From Octopus sinensis (taxonomy: Eukaryota), in assembly GCF_006345805.1 (NCBI RefSeq), contig NC_043000.1:60016001-60080000 (forward strand): 64,000 nucleotides of DNA, read 5' to 3'. The position numbers were made by a program, and so were the translations under genes. Shown one piece after another: positions 1-12,512 of this stretch. Under the pieces are notes generated by a model. The model did not search any database. It saw nothing but the letters and a program-made list of their open reading frames with translations, and was not told the DNA's origin. Each line of letters starts with the position of its first letter. Within the stretch, counting starts at the first letter, position 1.

Positions 1-170
1 AGATTTTCTACGGTTAGTTGCCCTTTTGCTACAAACTCAGACTTGTTTCTATGCAAGGTAATATTTCCTCATTGCTAGACATGTTTTTTCACAGGAGACA
101 GAAGATGAACAACATTGCTTGTATGATAATGATGCTTGTTTACAACCACTATGTGATGACAAGCTAAGGG
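1..170 (+). mobile_element. Fragment of a common octopus interspersed repeat (SINE/LINE-tail associated)
   Basis: Motifs caaggtaatatttcc, agacatgttttt and gcttgtatga resemble a frequent octopus repeat recalled from memory; boundaries approximate. Confidence 0.4.
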
Positions 171-199
171 TGCACATACACACACACATATATATATAT

Positions 200-352
200 A
201 ACAGACTTCTTTCAGTTTCCATCTACCAAATCTACTCACAAGGCTTTGGCTAGCTTGGGACTATATCAGAAGACACTTGCCCAAGCTACCAAGCAGAGGG
301 ATTGAACATGGTTGGCAAAGTAAACTTCTTAACCACACAGCTGTACCTATGT
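200..352 (-). mobile_element. tRNA-derived SINE, head plus body (octopus OK/OR-type family A)
   Basis: Contains ttcagtttccatctaccaaatctactcacaaggctttgg and agaagacacttgcccaag, homologous to copies at 27870, 47245, 63050 and 63245; adjoins a CA/TA microsatellite. Confidence 0.8.
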
Positions 353-2184
353 CTGTGTGCATCTGTGAGTGTGCATATATTGATATATATATATATATTG
401 CTTTGGTATAGTGGTGATCAAAGTTATAATATGGTTTACAGTGAACACAGCATTTAAATCCTGCGGGCACTGTTACAACATTTTCCTGTCTTCTTCCATA
501 TTAGATGTGTGTGTGCATGTGAGTGTTTGTTTCTACATGTCTGAACACAGTCACTGTTTGAGAAAAAAAAGCACTGATACTTGTTTACATCACCAGTAAA
601 CAATATGTCCTGTAGCTTGTTGGTTTTGACGTGTGAAAAATACCTTAGTTGAATGAGTAAGCATTGGCGACAGGAAGGGTGTCTGGTCATAAGAAATGAA
701 AGAAAAAAACTAACTGCTTCAGTAAGTCATGTTTAACCTATACTGCAAGGAAAAAGCAGACATTAGTTGAATGATGATAATGATAATACACGAAAACCTC
801 CAAAGACATTATAATACATGTTCTCACAAACAAAACTCATACAATGTAAGAACATGTGTATATTTATATTAACATTGTGTTGATTTTGAGCATATGAAGA
901 TAAGTTTAGAGTTAGAGTAAAATAATATGGCAAAAAAAAAGAACAAAAACATTGGAATAGAAGATAAGCATGTAGTAAAAATAATAATGAATGCCAACTG
1001 ATAAATAAGTTACTAAAATGAAACAAAAAAAATTCCATCAAAAATCTAAACAGACAATAATAGATGATATACCATATTCAAGTGGATAACTAAATTGAAA
1101 TTTTTAAATACAGCTAAAGCCTCAGCCAATTAATTGATTATAATTAGATGGTATAAAATAACAACTGACGAAGATTCTAAAAATTTGAAGTTTTATCAAA
1201 AGTAATAATAATGATAAATAGCAGTATCTGTGGAAATTCCACAGTAAATACAAGAATTTTTAGATGGTTAGAAGTTTATATAGAACCATAAAAATTAATG
1301 TCTTTTTTGAAATTGAATTTTCTATTGTGTCTGGGGAGAGTCATTTTCTTTTTGTGCCTTATTATGTAATACACTAACCGGTAAAAGTTTTGACTCTCAA
1401 AACTAAAGGTTAAAAGATGCAACGAAAATTTTAGGAAAATAAAAATAAGAAAAAAGTGGAAATTTTACTGGTGAGTGTGTTACATAAGGTACAAAAACAA
1501 AATGACTCTCTCCAGACACAATAGAATATGCTTCAACACACGAACTCATATAAAGAATCTTGCAAACCAAATCCCAAAACGAAATATCCTGCATTATTTT
1601 CATTTAAAAAAAGTTTTCGATTCTGGATATGACTAATTGACTTTCCTATTCTCTGAGGAGTTCAGAAGCTCATTTATAAATCTAAGGGCTTCATAATAAT
1701 TACAGAGAATATTCACATCACCAATGTTGTAACTTTCAACTATATGTTAACAGATTTTTTCAATGTTCTCTCTCATTTTCATTTTGTATTCTTTATTCAA
1801 CATGTTCTCTTATCTGTTGTAAAATACCCAACTGTATTCTCTTTGATTCTTAGTTTCCCCTCAACACTGCTGCTCCTATGTTTGTTCTAGTGATTCGACC
1901 CTCTGCTTCTCATTACGTTATTGCTTATACTGTCTCATTCTTTCTCTTACTAGCTTATTTTGTCTGTCATCCATATTTTATAAACAAATAGCAATTTTCA
2001 AGCAAGCAGACAATAAATAATTGCACTTATGTGCATGCGTTCAATGATAGGTGCTATAAAAAATTTAGTTCAATAAAAAACTTTTCACTGCCACCTTCAC
2101 CACCACAACCATCATAATAATTTTCAGCAACAAAACTGAATCTAAGTTGTTTGCCATCCACGTTTATTTTAATTTCATCTCAGT

Positions 2185-2240
2185 TCAGGTCAGTTGTTTG
2201 TTTCTATCTACTTTTCTCGCTGTTGATGTATCTGTCCGGG
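2185..2240 (-). CDS. Candidate terminal coding exon of an unidentified gene (possible reading ARTDTSTARKVDRNKQLT*)
   Basis: Minus-strand acceptor ttatttgttatttgaactttgtattgtcAG at 2242-2241, a locally CpG-containing stretch, and a stop in each frame within 60 nt. No homology recognised. Confidence 0.2.
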
Positions 2241-3514
2241 CTGACAATACAAAGTTCAAATAACAAATAAAAAAAATATTATCCATAGCTATTTTGCTAA
2301 GTTATTTTACTTACATTGAAAACTCTATCTTTCCATCTATGAAAGACATTGAATTTCTCTCTTTCTCTATATCTCTCCCTTCAGGTAACTTTTTAACCAC
2401 ATTATAACTTTTATTTTCCCCCTTTTTCACATAATTAACATTTCTCTTCCTCTATTTTTCTCACTCTTTGCTGCTCCCTTCAACTAGCCACATGACAGCT
2501 TAACACATTTGGCCTTAGTGTATTAATAGTCATAATAATAATAATAATAATAATAATGAACCAGCAAACAAATAGAAAATACAATTACCATATATTTATT
2601 TAGTATTTTATCTTTATTATTGAACAATATTTGTATTCTGCTCTATTCTTGATTTGTTTTTTTTTTTATTTTTGATTTATTTATTAATTTACAGTAACAT
2701 TGTAAATAACTTTATTCACTTATAGAACATGATTATTTTTCATTAACACAATCTGATTTATATCATTTACATAATAGAAAATGATGTTCAGTAAATGTTT
2801 TTGCAAAAGAAAAATGAAATACACAAATACAAGAACATGATATTAAAAATTAAATCTTTTTATTTGATTCTACTTCTTGTAATTGTTGAATATAATAACA
2901 TCTCTAGAAAAGAATATTATATTATTTTTATTGTTTTTAGAGCTCTGTGTTTTTTCTTTGCATATGCATATTTAAGTATAAATTTCTAATGATACTCTGA
3001 ACACAAAGGATTTTGGAACAAAAGAAAACCTGCTGACTCATTCATACAAGCCTAAGATTTACATGACACCCGAGACAAATAACAGCAACAGAATCAAATG
3101 ATGATTTGAGAGAGTGTAGAAAATTTGTGACAATAACAAATAGAAAAGCAGCGTGTCGCTGAGATCTGCATTCCATTCCAGCTATACAGTGTGCCAACAG
3201 ACAACAATCAGTAATAGAATTTGTTGACAACTCTCACCAAGAAGGCCATAATAGGGTCATTAAAACATTGTCTCTTTCAAGAAATCAATAGAATGAAAGA
3301 CAGAATAACATAACTGGAATAGGTCCATTAGGTGAAGATTTGAGTGAGTTTTTTTCCTGAGAAGAAAGGAGACAGATGGCAACTCAATCCCTTGAAGATT
3401 GAAAGCTTTACAAATTTTTGAGACATTATTTTAGTGTAAAGCAAATCAATGCTCAGCAAAACAAAATATTTAAATTAGATAGATACTAATGATGAGAAAC
3501 ATGTTTGATAGGAA

Positions 3515-4257
3515 ATTTACTTCTATTTATCTCTTATTTACAAATAAGCTTTCTTTTTGGAACTAATTTATTCTTTGCTTGTTTCTGTTAGCAATACCTA
3601 CCATATAATCAACATTAAAAATGCTAATTTTTACAAAAAATATGTACTTGGGTTTAAATATATAACAACAGCTCTGTACACTTAGAAATGAAATAACATA
3701 CAATTGTCAACACACTGAAATCAAATGTTCCTAGTGTACCTTATGGGATTAAGATATGAGTTATTTAATATATAAAATATGATACGATTTTAATACTCAT
3801 TCTTGAGATTTCTTGTCAAAATTTAATTTTAAAAAGTGAATATCCAACATGAACATCTCAAGGAATTACTGATTTTTTCTAACACTAGGGTCGGGCATTA
3901 AGCAACTACATAGAAAGAATGAGTTCCAGACAGTCAGAATAGTTTGATCTCCTTTTCTTGCAATGTTCTGTCCCTATACTGGTATTAATCATTAAATAAA
4001 AGAGAAAAGAAAAAAACAATGAGATCTATATGCTAATACAGAACCTGTAGATAGAATTAACAAACAGCATTACCAGAAATGTGGTACAAATCAATTCAAA
4101 GGCTTGGTTGCAAGTGACATAACATTACAAATGATGAGAAACAGAATAATCTTATCTATCATTTACTTCTTATTATCTCTTATTTACAAATAAGCTTTCT
4201 TTTTAGAACTAATTTATTCTTTGCTTGTTTCTGTTAGCAATACCTACCATATAATCA
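3515..4257 (+). repeat. Local direct duplication of 97 bp (3515-3611 and 4161-4257)
   Basis: atttacttct...tacctaccatataatca occurs twice with very few differences; each copy is preceded by aatgatgagaaaca. Confidence 0.9.
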
Positions 4258-4989
4258 TTACCAACAAACTAACTCAGTTCTTAAAAGTTTTAATACTAAC
4301 ATACTAAACAATATGATGCTTAGTATTTTAATTCCTAGACTCAAAATTTCCTATCAAACATCAATCAACAACAATTCAAATTAAGCACATAGTAACATCA
4401 TTCAGTTAGACATTCCTTAGTGCTAGGATTAGCAAGTAAAAGACAGAGCAGGGTCTTGAATACAACTAGAGTGTTTCATAACTCTCTTTATGTTTCTGTA
4501 AGATTGTGCATAAATTACTTAGATGGCACTAAGCTAATGTCCTAATGTAAAGAAAGAAGGGAAAAATAGTTATTGCCCAGATATAGAATCCATTATAATA
4601 GAAGTGTATATAAGAATATAAACTGCCATGAGTGACTGTTTAAATTAAAAGGAGATAAAAATAATGAATTTGTTTTTGTTATTGGATTGGATTTATATGA
4701 ATGAAAATCTTACAATGTTCACCACAATTATAAATCACTAGGTTATCCTTTAAGAGTCCAGCATATAGCATGTTTCTTGTTTAATTCTACATTACCAAAA
4801 GAATTCAGCTTGCCTTAGACTAAATATAATGGGAAAACCAGGAGGGGTATCTAATAAAGAGTTTATTGTTTCAATATTTAAAGTATTTATATTCTGTCAC
4901 AGATACTGTGCTGTGTTTATTTTCAAGATATGTAACTCTCTAAATGGCCCCAGTTAGTCTAGCTATAAGGAAACTACTGAGTAAAAGTG

Positions 4990-5266
4990 CAATGCTATCA
5001 TTGTTGTTAAGCCCCTTGATCATGCTGTCCTGAAATCAAAGGTATAGTGTACCTGAATCATATAATTTTTTCAGTTTTTTTTTTTAAGGTGATAGAATGT
5101 GCATTGAAGATGTGACTGCTATTTACAACAGCTCAAATAACCAAATAGAACTGCCTTAATTGGTCTAATATTGTAGGCAGTGACAGCACTAAAATTGACA
5201 AGTGCTTCATACATTTGCAATGCAATTCTCCCCGTAGGAGCAGCAGCCTGAAGATAAATTGGATCC
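4990..5266 (-). mobile_element. Interspersed repeat family C (gctagaaatagcagccaaatc...gggctaaacaacaac type), decayed
   Basis: Similar to copies at 14095, 24575, 35885, 39130, 55030, 55590, 57430, 61095 and 62260. Confidence 0.6.
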
Positions 5267-5513
5267 AGCTAGCTTTATCCAAAAGTAAATAGGACTGATT
5301 ATCTATAGATGAGTTCCTGTCATCATAAAAAGCAAGGAACTAAGTCATTTATGTGAACAAGAGAGAGAGAGAGAGGAAGAGATAGACAGATAGAGAGGGC
5401 AAGCAACTAAGGAAAAGACATCATAAATTGAGGTCTTTGATTTTGATGATAGTATCTACTTAAGGTACCCATCTATAGGTGATCAGTGCTATTCATTTCC
5501 AAATGGGACAAGT

Positions 5514-5650
5514 TGAATCTGATTTCTGTTTGAGCTGTTGCCCCTATAGGAGGAATTGAACTGCAAATGTATGAAGCATTTGTAAATTCCAATGTTGCTA
5601 CTGCCTAAGACACTGAACCAATAAGGGAACCTCTAAGTTGCTATTTGACC
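5514..5650 (+). repeat. Inverted partner of 5130-5266
   Basis: gctgttgcccctataggaggaattgaactgcaaatgtatgaagcattt aligns to the reverse complement of 5200-5250 (gctgctgctcctacggggagaattgcattgcaaatgtatgaagcactt). Confidence 0.75.
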
Positions 5651-7449
5651 TTAAACTTATTCATCCACAGAAAGAAAAGTAGAGAATAAATATAATGAAA
5701 ATTGTGAAAGGAATATTGCATTAGTTTGTTTTGCCACCTTTAGCGTTTTGCTTTGTTTTAACCTTAGGAAAGGCCAATTGACTAAATGCATGGTGATGCT
5801 CACCAAAACACTGTAATCTCTGGCCTATGGGCATGTAGTCTCCTCTCTTTGCTTTTTCTACCATTATTGTAATAGCCACTTCTTGAATCTGATTGGATTT
5901 GTGCCTCTTCTTTTTGTTCCATATGTTGCGTCCACTTCCCCAGTCCTCACACCAACCACTACACCCAGTCCTTACTTATCACAATGTTGTCCCTCTGAAA
6001 TTTTTTCTCTGCCCTTTTTTTTTTTCTTCTTTGAACTGTTCAAGAGAAACATTAGCTGCATCAACTTCTCTGGTATCAGAGAGCTGGCAATAATGACTAT
6101 GGGTACCAATTCATAGAGCCCATACTGATGTCATCTAGAACATTTTTATCTGCAAGTTAAAAATCACCTACTGAACTCTTTATCCTGAGCAAACATTCCA
6201 GACTGAACAACACTTGACATCAGGTTTCTACCTCTGACTAAACACCATCTCTGAGCTAACATCACAAATTGATTCTGTTATGATAATGTTACCATCTCAA
6301 ATTAGAGCATCTAGTAATGCACTATTATTAACACTTATCCCTGTGCCAGCAATATTAACCAACTATGTTATTATTTCCTATGACTGTATCCTAAAACTAT
6401 AAACTTTCCGTAAAATTTCATTATGTCTTCTGTTTACTACTGTTTCTAATTCTGTCAATATCCAAATACTTTAATCAACTACATACTTGATAAATTGTTT
6501 CAACTAAGGAAGAAAGCTATTAAGTCAAGAAGAAATATCAATAATAAATAAGTCACCACCTTACTATTTTAAAAGCTGATCAAAATTCTAATATTTTTCT
6601 CTGTCTTCTTTTCTTTGTTTAGGAGAATATCTAATTTCTCTTTCACAGCTAATATAATTCCTGCTATAATGGTAATTTAAAACTAGTGTATTTTCAAAAT
6701 GGACTTGTAATGCAAAAGTATACTAAAAGGTTACTGATATAAGCTTTCGCAACTTTAGAATAGTTGCTAGGAATAATTTTGAATATCATTAGTGCAGAAA
6801 CAAAAATTTCATCAACCCCAAAGAATCCTTGATTATAATGGGCATCATTATGAAAAGTCCAATGGAATTAGATACATCCTTTTATCTTCATATTACAAAG
6901 ATAAAGAAATTAAACTAATAAAAAATCCCATTACCTTTTCTCCCTGCAGAAGTAATGGTAAATTTGGTTAGATATAATCAAGAATGAAGAATCATTTTGG
7001 TTGAGAAACTTTTGAGTTCAGTATCTCTTTGATAACTTGGTATTGAATATTGATTTCATTTCCCATCGGAATTAAAGATAAAATATTTCAACCATTAACT
7101 ACTACTATACTAAAATCCTGCAACAAATGATAAAAATGATAGCTCATTACGCATGAGAATAAGTTGTTGCTTTGTTTATGCTTTTTTCTTTTGAAGATCA
7201 TTAGTAAAGTATCTGAAACCATCCTGATCTTCCCTTGAACCAAAGCTGGACACTTAATTTACAAAGAACTTATGGTGTCATCTAGCATGTAAATGATAAT
7301 AATAACAGTTAGTTATTTAGACAATACTTTTTTAAGAGGGCCTATAAGCAACTAAGGTCAACCTTGTGTACACTAATACCATTTATCAGCAAATAGAATG
7401 TTAGAATTACTTGCTGCAATGCCCAGGTTGCTACATACAATACATTATG

Positions 7450-8265
7450 TATTGTAAAGAAATAGGGTCATATTAGTCATTCATTTAAAAATTGAATATG
7501 TTACAAGAGTGCATTATTGTACGTTGATGAGAAAGTTATGAACATGGGAAATTTTCAATTATTTCAGTTTATTTTAATAGACTTTGCATCTTACAGTGCA
7601 AAGGCTGATGGCAGAGTGGAAGTGTATCAAACAATATTAGCCAAGGAGTAGGCATTTTGTACACTGGCACTAGCATTATATTTAGATTCATGACCAACAT
7701 AACTAACTCTTAGTGGTGCTGGTGTCATTGTTGTTTTGTTTCCAGTTGTCTCTGACTGAGCAGACCTATGATGAAAGGCATTCCTTGGTAAGGTGTAATT
7801 TAAGAGAATTTTACAGTTATTTCGAGATTATCCAAACATATACAAGCTCCTTCAGTATTGTGAAGAAATAGGGTCATGCTAATTATTTGAAAATTGAATA
7901 GGTCACAAAAGTGCATTATTGTACATTGATGGGAAAGCTATGAACATGGAATATTTTGAGTTATTTTTAATTTATGTATTTTAATAGACTTTGCATCTTA
8001 CAGTACAAAGGTTGAAGGAAGAGTAGAAGTGTACCAAACAATATGAGCCAAGGAGTAGGTATTTCATACACTGGCACCAGTACTGTATTTAGATTTATGA
8101 CCAACGTAGCTAACTCTTAGTGGTGCTGGTGTCATTGTTATTTTGTTCCAGGTTATCTTTGACTGAATAGACGTATGATGAAAGGTATTCCTTGGTAAGG
8201 TGTGAGTTAAGAGTATTTTACTGCTATTTCTGGAAGACCAACCAAACATACACAAACTTCACCAG
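7450..8265 (+). repeat. Tandem duplication, unit about 406 bp (7450-7855 and 7856-8265)
   Basis: Both units start tattgt(a/g)aagaaatagggtcat and align throughout, roughly 80% identical by eye. Confidence 0.9.
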
Positions 8266-8852
8266 AGCCATATTAGTGAGCCTATCTACAAGATATATTA
8301 CAGTAAGTGGAATAGCTGACAGCTGTAGTCAGCAGCAGAAACATTATAAAATTGCAATGCTGAATTCAGTTTTTCCTCTGGGTTCAGAACATGATAGAAA
8401 TGCTAAAATTATGGCTCTACCTTCTCATTATCACCACATTGTCTATTTAAAAAATAAATTATATTAACCGGTCACTGTTTGATATATAATATGTGTATAA
8501 AATATGTTAATGATGAGTGGATAGCCAAGAACACTGCTTTAACTGAAAGATGATTTTAATGGAGTATGATAAAGATTTAGGTTTTCTTAATTAAACTTAA
8601 TGAGTATTCAGAGAAGTTTGTAAGTAAGAGCAGATGGTTTTAAATCCAGTAAAAAGGGGGAATACATATGTATATATATTTCTTATTTCCTGAAATTATT
8701 CTTAATTACTATCAGATATTCAACGTATTGATTTATTACAAATTTTGAGATAGGAAACAGTTGATTATACCTACCCTGGTACTTAGTTTATCAACCTTAG
8801 AGAGATGAAAAGAAACATTAACCATCATGTTACAAGGATGGAGAAAGGAATA

Positions 8853-8990
8853 ATATCATCATCATTTAACATCCATTTCTCATGCTGGCCTGGGTTTGAT
8901 GATTTGACAGGATGCAGAAAGTTGCAAAGCAGTGCCAAGCTCCTATGTCAGCTTTGATGTGGTTTCTATGACTGGATGCCCTTTCTAACA
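8853..8990 (-). mobile_element. RTE-type 3' tail (SINE/LINE end)
   Basis: atcatcatcatttaacatccatt...catgctggc...gggtt is the reverse complement of the ccaacccatgccagcatgg...gatgatgat tail. Confidence 0.7.
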
Positions 8991-9120
8991 TTAAAATATC
9001 AGCAAGATATTGCATTTGTAGAATTTTCTTGGTTTTAAAATGATTGATTAATTTTATTTGTTAGTTATCATAGAGAATCAATAAAATGTTTAGAGCTCCA
9101 GATATGCTATTTTACCTTAA

Positions 9121-9341
9121 GCCTTTCGTTACTGTATTTATTTTGAGATGCTCTGTGTTTCTTTGAATTACTTTAAATATAACAAAAGAATTTAGTAAAA
9201 TAACTTAGTTATCATTCAGCTAGTGTTAGGAACATAAATTGTGACTAAGGTTTGGTGGAAGATTTTAATTCAGAACTTATGAAAATAAGACATTTGAACT
9301 CAGAGCCAGAGCCGGTTTTGGCTGGGTTGGTAACGAAAGGG
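9121..9341. mobile_element. piggyBac-type MITE, family P1, flanked by TTAA
   Basis: TTAA (9117-9120), gcctttcgttac ... gtaacgaaaggg, TTAA (9342-9345). Second copy at 52274-52488. Confidence 0.85.
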
Positions 9342-12139
9342 TTAAAGCAAGAGTTCACAAACTTGTTTTGGCCACAACCCATGATATGATTTTTTTTAAA
9401 TCATGAAATCTAGACCTATATTTTACACAACACCTGCCATTCTAATTTAATGACATTAAATGAAATAAAAATTGTTTTAGAGAAAGAATTTATTCACATA
9501 AAAAAATTATTATTTTAAAAATGGTAAGTAACATTTGCAATATAAAATAATTTTTTTCCTTAAATTTTATTAAAAAGTCCTTAAAATTTGTGAAACACCA
9601 AAATTTTTTCACAAAACTTACTTTGAGAAGATCTGCCTTAAAAAATTCAACTATTTCAAATGCATAAGGTTATAGGTATTTTAGTCCCGTGAACTACTTA
9701 ACCCTGATAGATAAAAGCAAAAATATAACAGAAAATAAGAAATTGCATATCATGTAGTTTTATTTGAAGCTAACAGGAATCAGATAAAAAAAGAAACAAA
9801 TATCTCAGCAGTAAAGATATACACTTAGAATAATATTATTACTATTGATTTTGACAGGATTAGATCAGTTGGTAAATTGAGGAAAAGCAAGTTTCCTGCT
9901 TTCAAAAGTTCGTGTCATATCTATCATATTAACTATGTGCTCTCTTTGCAGGATCTATAAAATGAATGTAGAAAGTCACTTCAAAACTTTTCTCTGGTCT
10001 TTTGCCATGTGAAAAAAGAGATGGAGTTTGTCACTTCTCAGCTGCTTAAAGGTACCAATGATTTTGCTAACCATTAATTATGTTGTTGTTATTGTATAGA
10101 AATGTCTTGGCTCCTATACAATTTGCAAAATTACCATTGATGTTATTTGGCTCCATTTAGCAAAAATGGTTTATTCCCATGCTTCTACGATTGGAGCTTG
10201 TCCAGAAAGAGTTATATGTTTGATTAGAAACCCTCATTCAGAGTGTATCAATACTTGAAGGCAAAGAGGAAAAACTTTTCTCATACATAGGAATTATATT
10301 ATCTGCACTTTATAACTTGAAAAATTAATTGGTTAGAAAATATGATTTATCACATGCACGTAAAAAAAAACCGAAATTTAAATATCAAATTAAATATCAA
10401 ATTATAATTCTGCTTTGAAAATTTCATTCATAATCATTTAAAAATATCTAATTAAAAGCAGAGTAAATGAAACTAATTAACAAGGTACAATTGAATGTTT
10501 ATCAAATTTGATTTAAGTTCTGCTTTTGTAGCTTCTTCATTATGTCCCAATAAGTGTAGAAAGAAACTACATTGTAGAAACAATTAATTAAATCAGCCCC
10601 AGTATACTAGTTAAATTCATTTTTCTTTTTTTTTTTATCAATTTGTAAAAGATATAAAGCAAAGCTGGCCCAGGTGAATTTGAACTGAGAGCTTTTAGAT
10701 ACTAAACTTAGCCCATAATTGCATAGAAATTCTCTCTCACTCTTTTTTTTTTCTTTCATTTGTTTAAGGTGCTTCCTTTTATGAAAGAATATTTAATATT
10801 TTTTGTCTATATATCTTTTATACAGCTGCATATGTATGCTGTTGCTGCTTTTGAAAATGAGCAGCTATATCATTGTTCAATACATCCTTCTTTATTCAAG
10901 CTGATAGTGTGATTTGAGAGAGATTTAGCTGTTATTTTTAGCAGGATACATGACTATCTCCTTCAGTGGCTCATCTATCTACATATATTAGTCATTGTTT
11001 AACTCCAGGTCAGCCCAACTTGAGCAGAACTATCATCAAAAGCATTCCAGTTGCGTCTATATTGTCTTTTACCTCTTTGCAGGGAACTCTGGACCAGATT
11101 ATCTAATATACACGTTTCCAATGTAACAGAGAATCCCATATTGACTCATAGGTATGTATGTGGTGTGGGGAGAACATATATTGAAAATATCAAAGACAGT
11201 GTGTTTGTTGCTTTAATTAACAGCATGAATATCAACTTATTAGAGCATATAACAAACATCCCTTTAATAACATACTATTTCACCAACCATTTTACTAGGA
11301 ATCAAATGTTTTATTAATTCTTCAGATATTCTCAATAAGAAAATAATTTCCTATTCAGCTTAGAGCATGTAAACTGTCACAGGAGACAAGTTAAGCAAAA
11401 CTGAATCAATAAAATTATTGATATCTTATGTTAATTGACATTATTAATTCCAAAGCAAGATTGTTTCAATCTTTTGTTTTTTTTACCCTTATTTTGGTAT
11501 GTTTCACTCATCTAAGGTGAAAAACCAGTCATTAAAATAGATTAACAATGGAAAACTGTCATAGATGGCGAATAACAGATTTTATCGGGACAATATAATT
11601 CTAATTTAATATTAGAATTATTTAAATTAGATAATCCAAAATTAGAGCACTTACATATTATCTAATAGTTAAAAATTATACAAAACACTGTAAAATAGTT
11701 TCTAACTGTAACTAATCACTGAGAGAGACAGACAGATAGACAGACAGAGAGAGTATGTGTGTTGGGGGAGTGAATATGTTTTTATATCTCTCTCTAACTA
11801 TACATTTATGGCCAACAACCAGATATATGAAAATGGTACATCAATACATATTACTACATATTTGTCTCTTTTGTTTGTCTGCTAAAAGTGATGCTGTTTT
11901 GCTTCCTTTCAAATTAGGACCAAATGTTTTATCTGCTACACTGAAATCTGAATGCTAAATTTGAACCTATATACTGTTTAAATTTAGTAAGTCTTAGCTA
12001 TTTCTTATCAGGTGGTAAACTGACAGAGTTCACACTGTTTGTTTATTCCTACTATCTGCACTCTGAATCCAAATCCTAATGAGGATTTACCTTTCATTCT
12101 TTCAGTTCTTTCGGGGGTTGATTAAAAAAAAAATGTATT

Positions 12140-12245
12140 AGTCCAAGGCAGTGGATTGGTAGAATTTTTGAGCACAGATGGGGTGCCTTGTGGTATCTAT
12201 TTCAACACTTTGCATTCTGAGTTAAAATCCTGCCCTGTCATCATT
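12140..12245 (+). mobile_element. tRNA-derived SINE head, family B, decayed
   Basis: ggcagtggattggtagaat...ttctgagttaaaatcctgcc matches the head of the 38270 copy. Confidence 0.6.
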
Positions 12246-12409
12246 AAGCAGTTACATTTGTGTTCGGAGCTGTGACCAACAGACAGCATCAATAATTTGA
12301 AAAACCAATGGAAACATAATTTCCTTGGTTTGATCACATGATCAAGTACCACCATCACCATTTTTCATCATCATCAAGTTAATCTTGAATCATTTCATAA
12401 TCTAACTAT

Positions 12410-12512
12410 GTTTCTTTGGCGTCTGGACATCTCCCTGGCAGGCTAGCTCCTGTCAAACATTCCATCCTATGCTGGCATGGAAAACACATGTTAAACAATG
12501 ATGATGATGATG
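12410..12512 (+). mobile_element. RTE-type 3' tail
   Basis: ctatgctggcatggaaaacacatgttaaacaatgatgatgatgat. Confidence 0.6.

Noticed and set aside
5883-6116. Overlapping ORFs 5883..6116 and 5893..6093
   Set aside because: Low-complexity, poly-T containing, non-ATG starts and no motifs.
9952-10260. Exon-like segments with AG and GT boundaries on the plus strand
   Set aside because: The first segment has stops in all three frames and the intervening intron would be very short; no support for coding.
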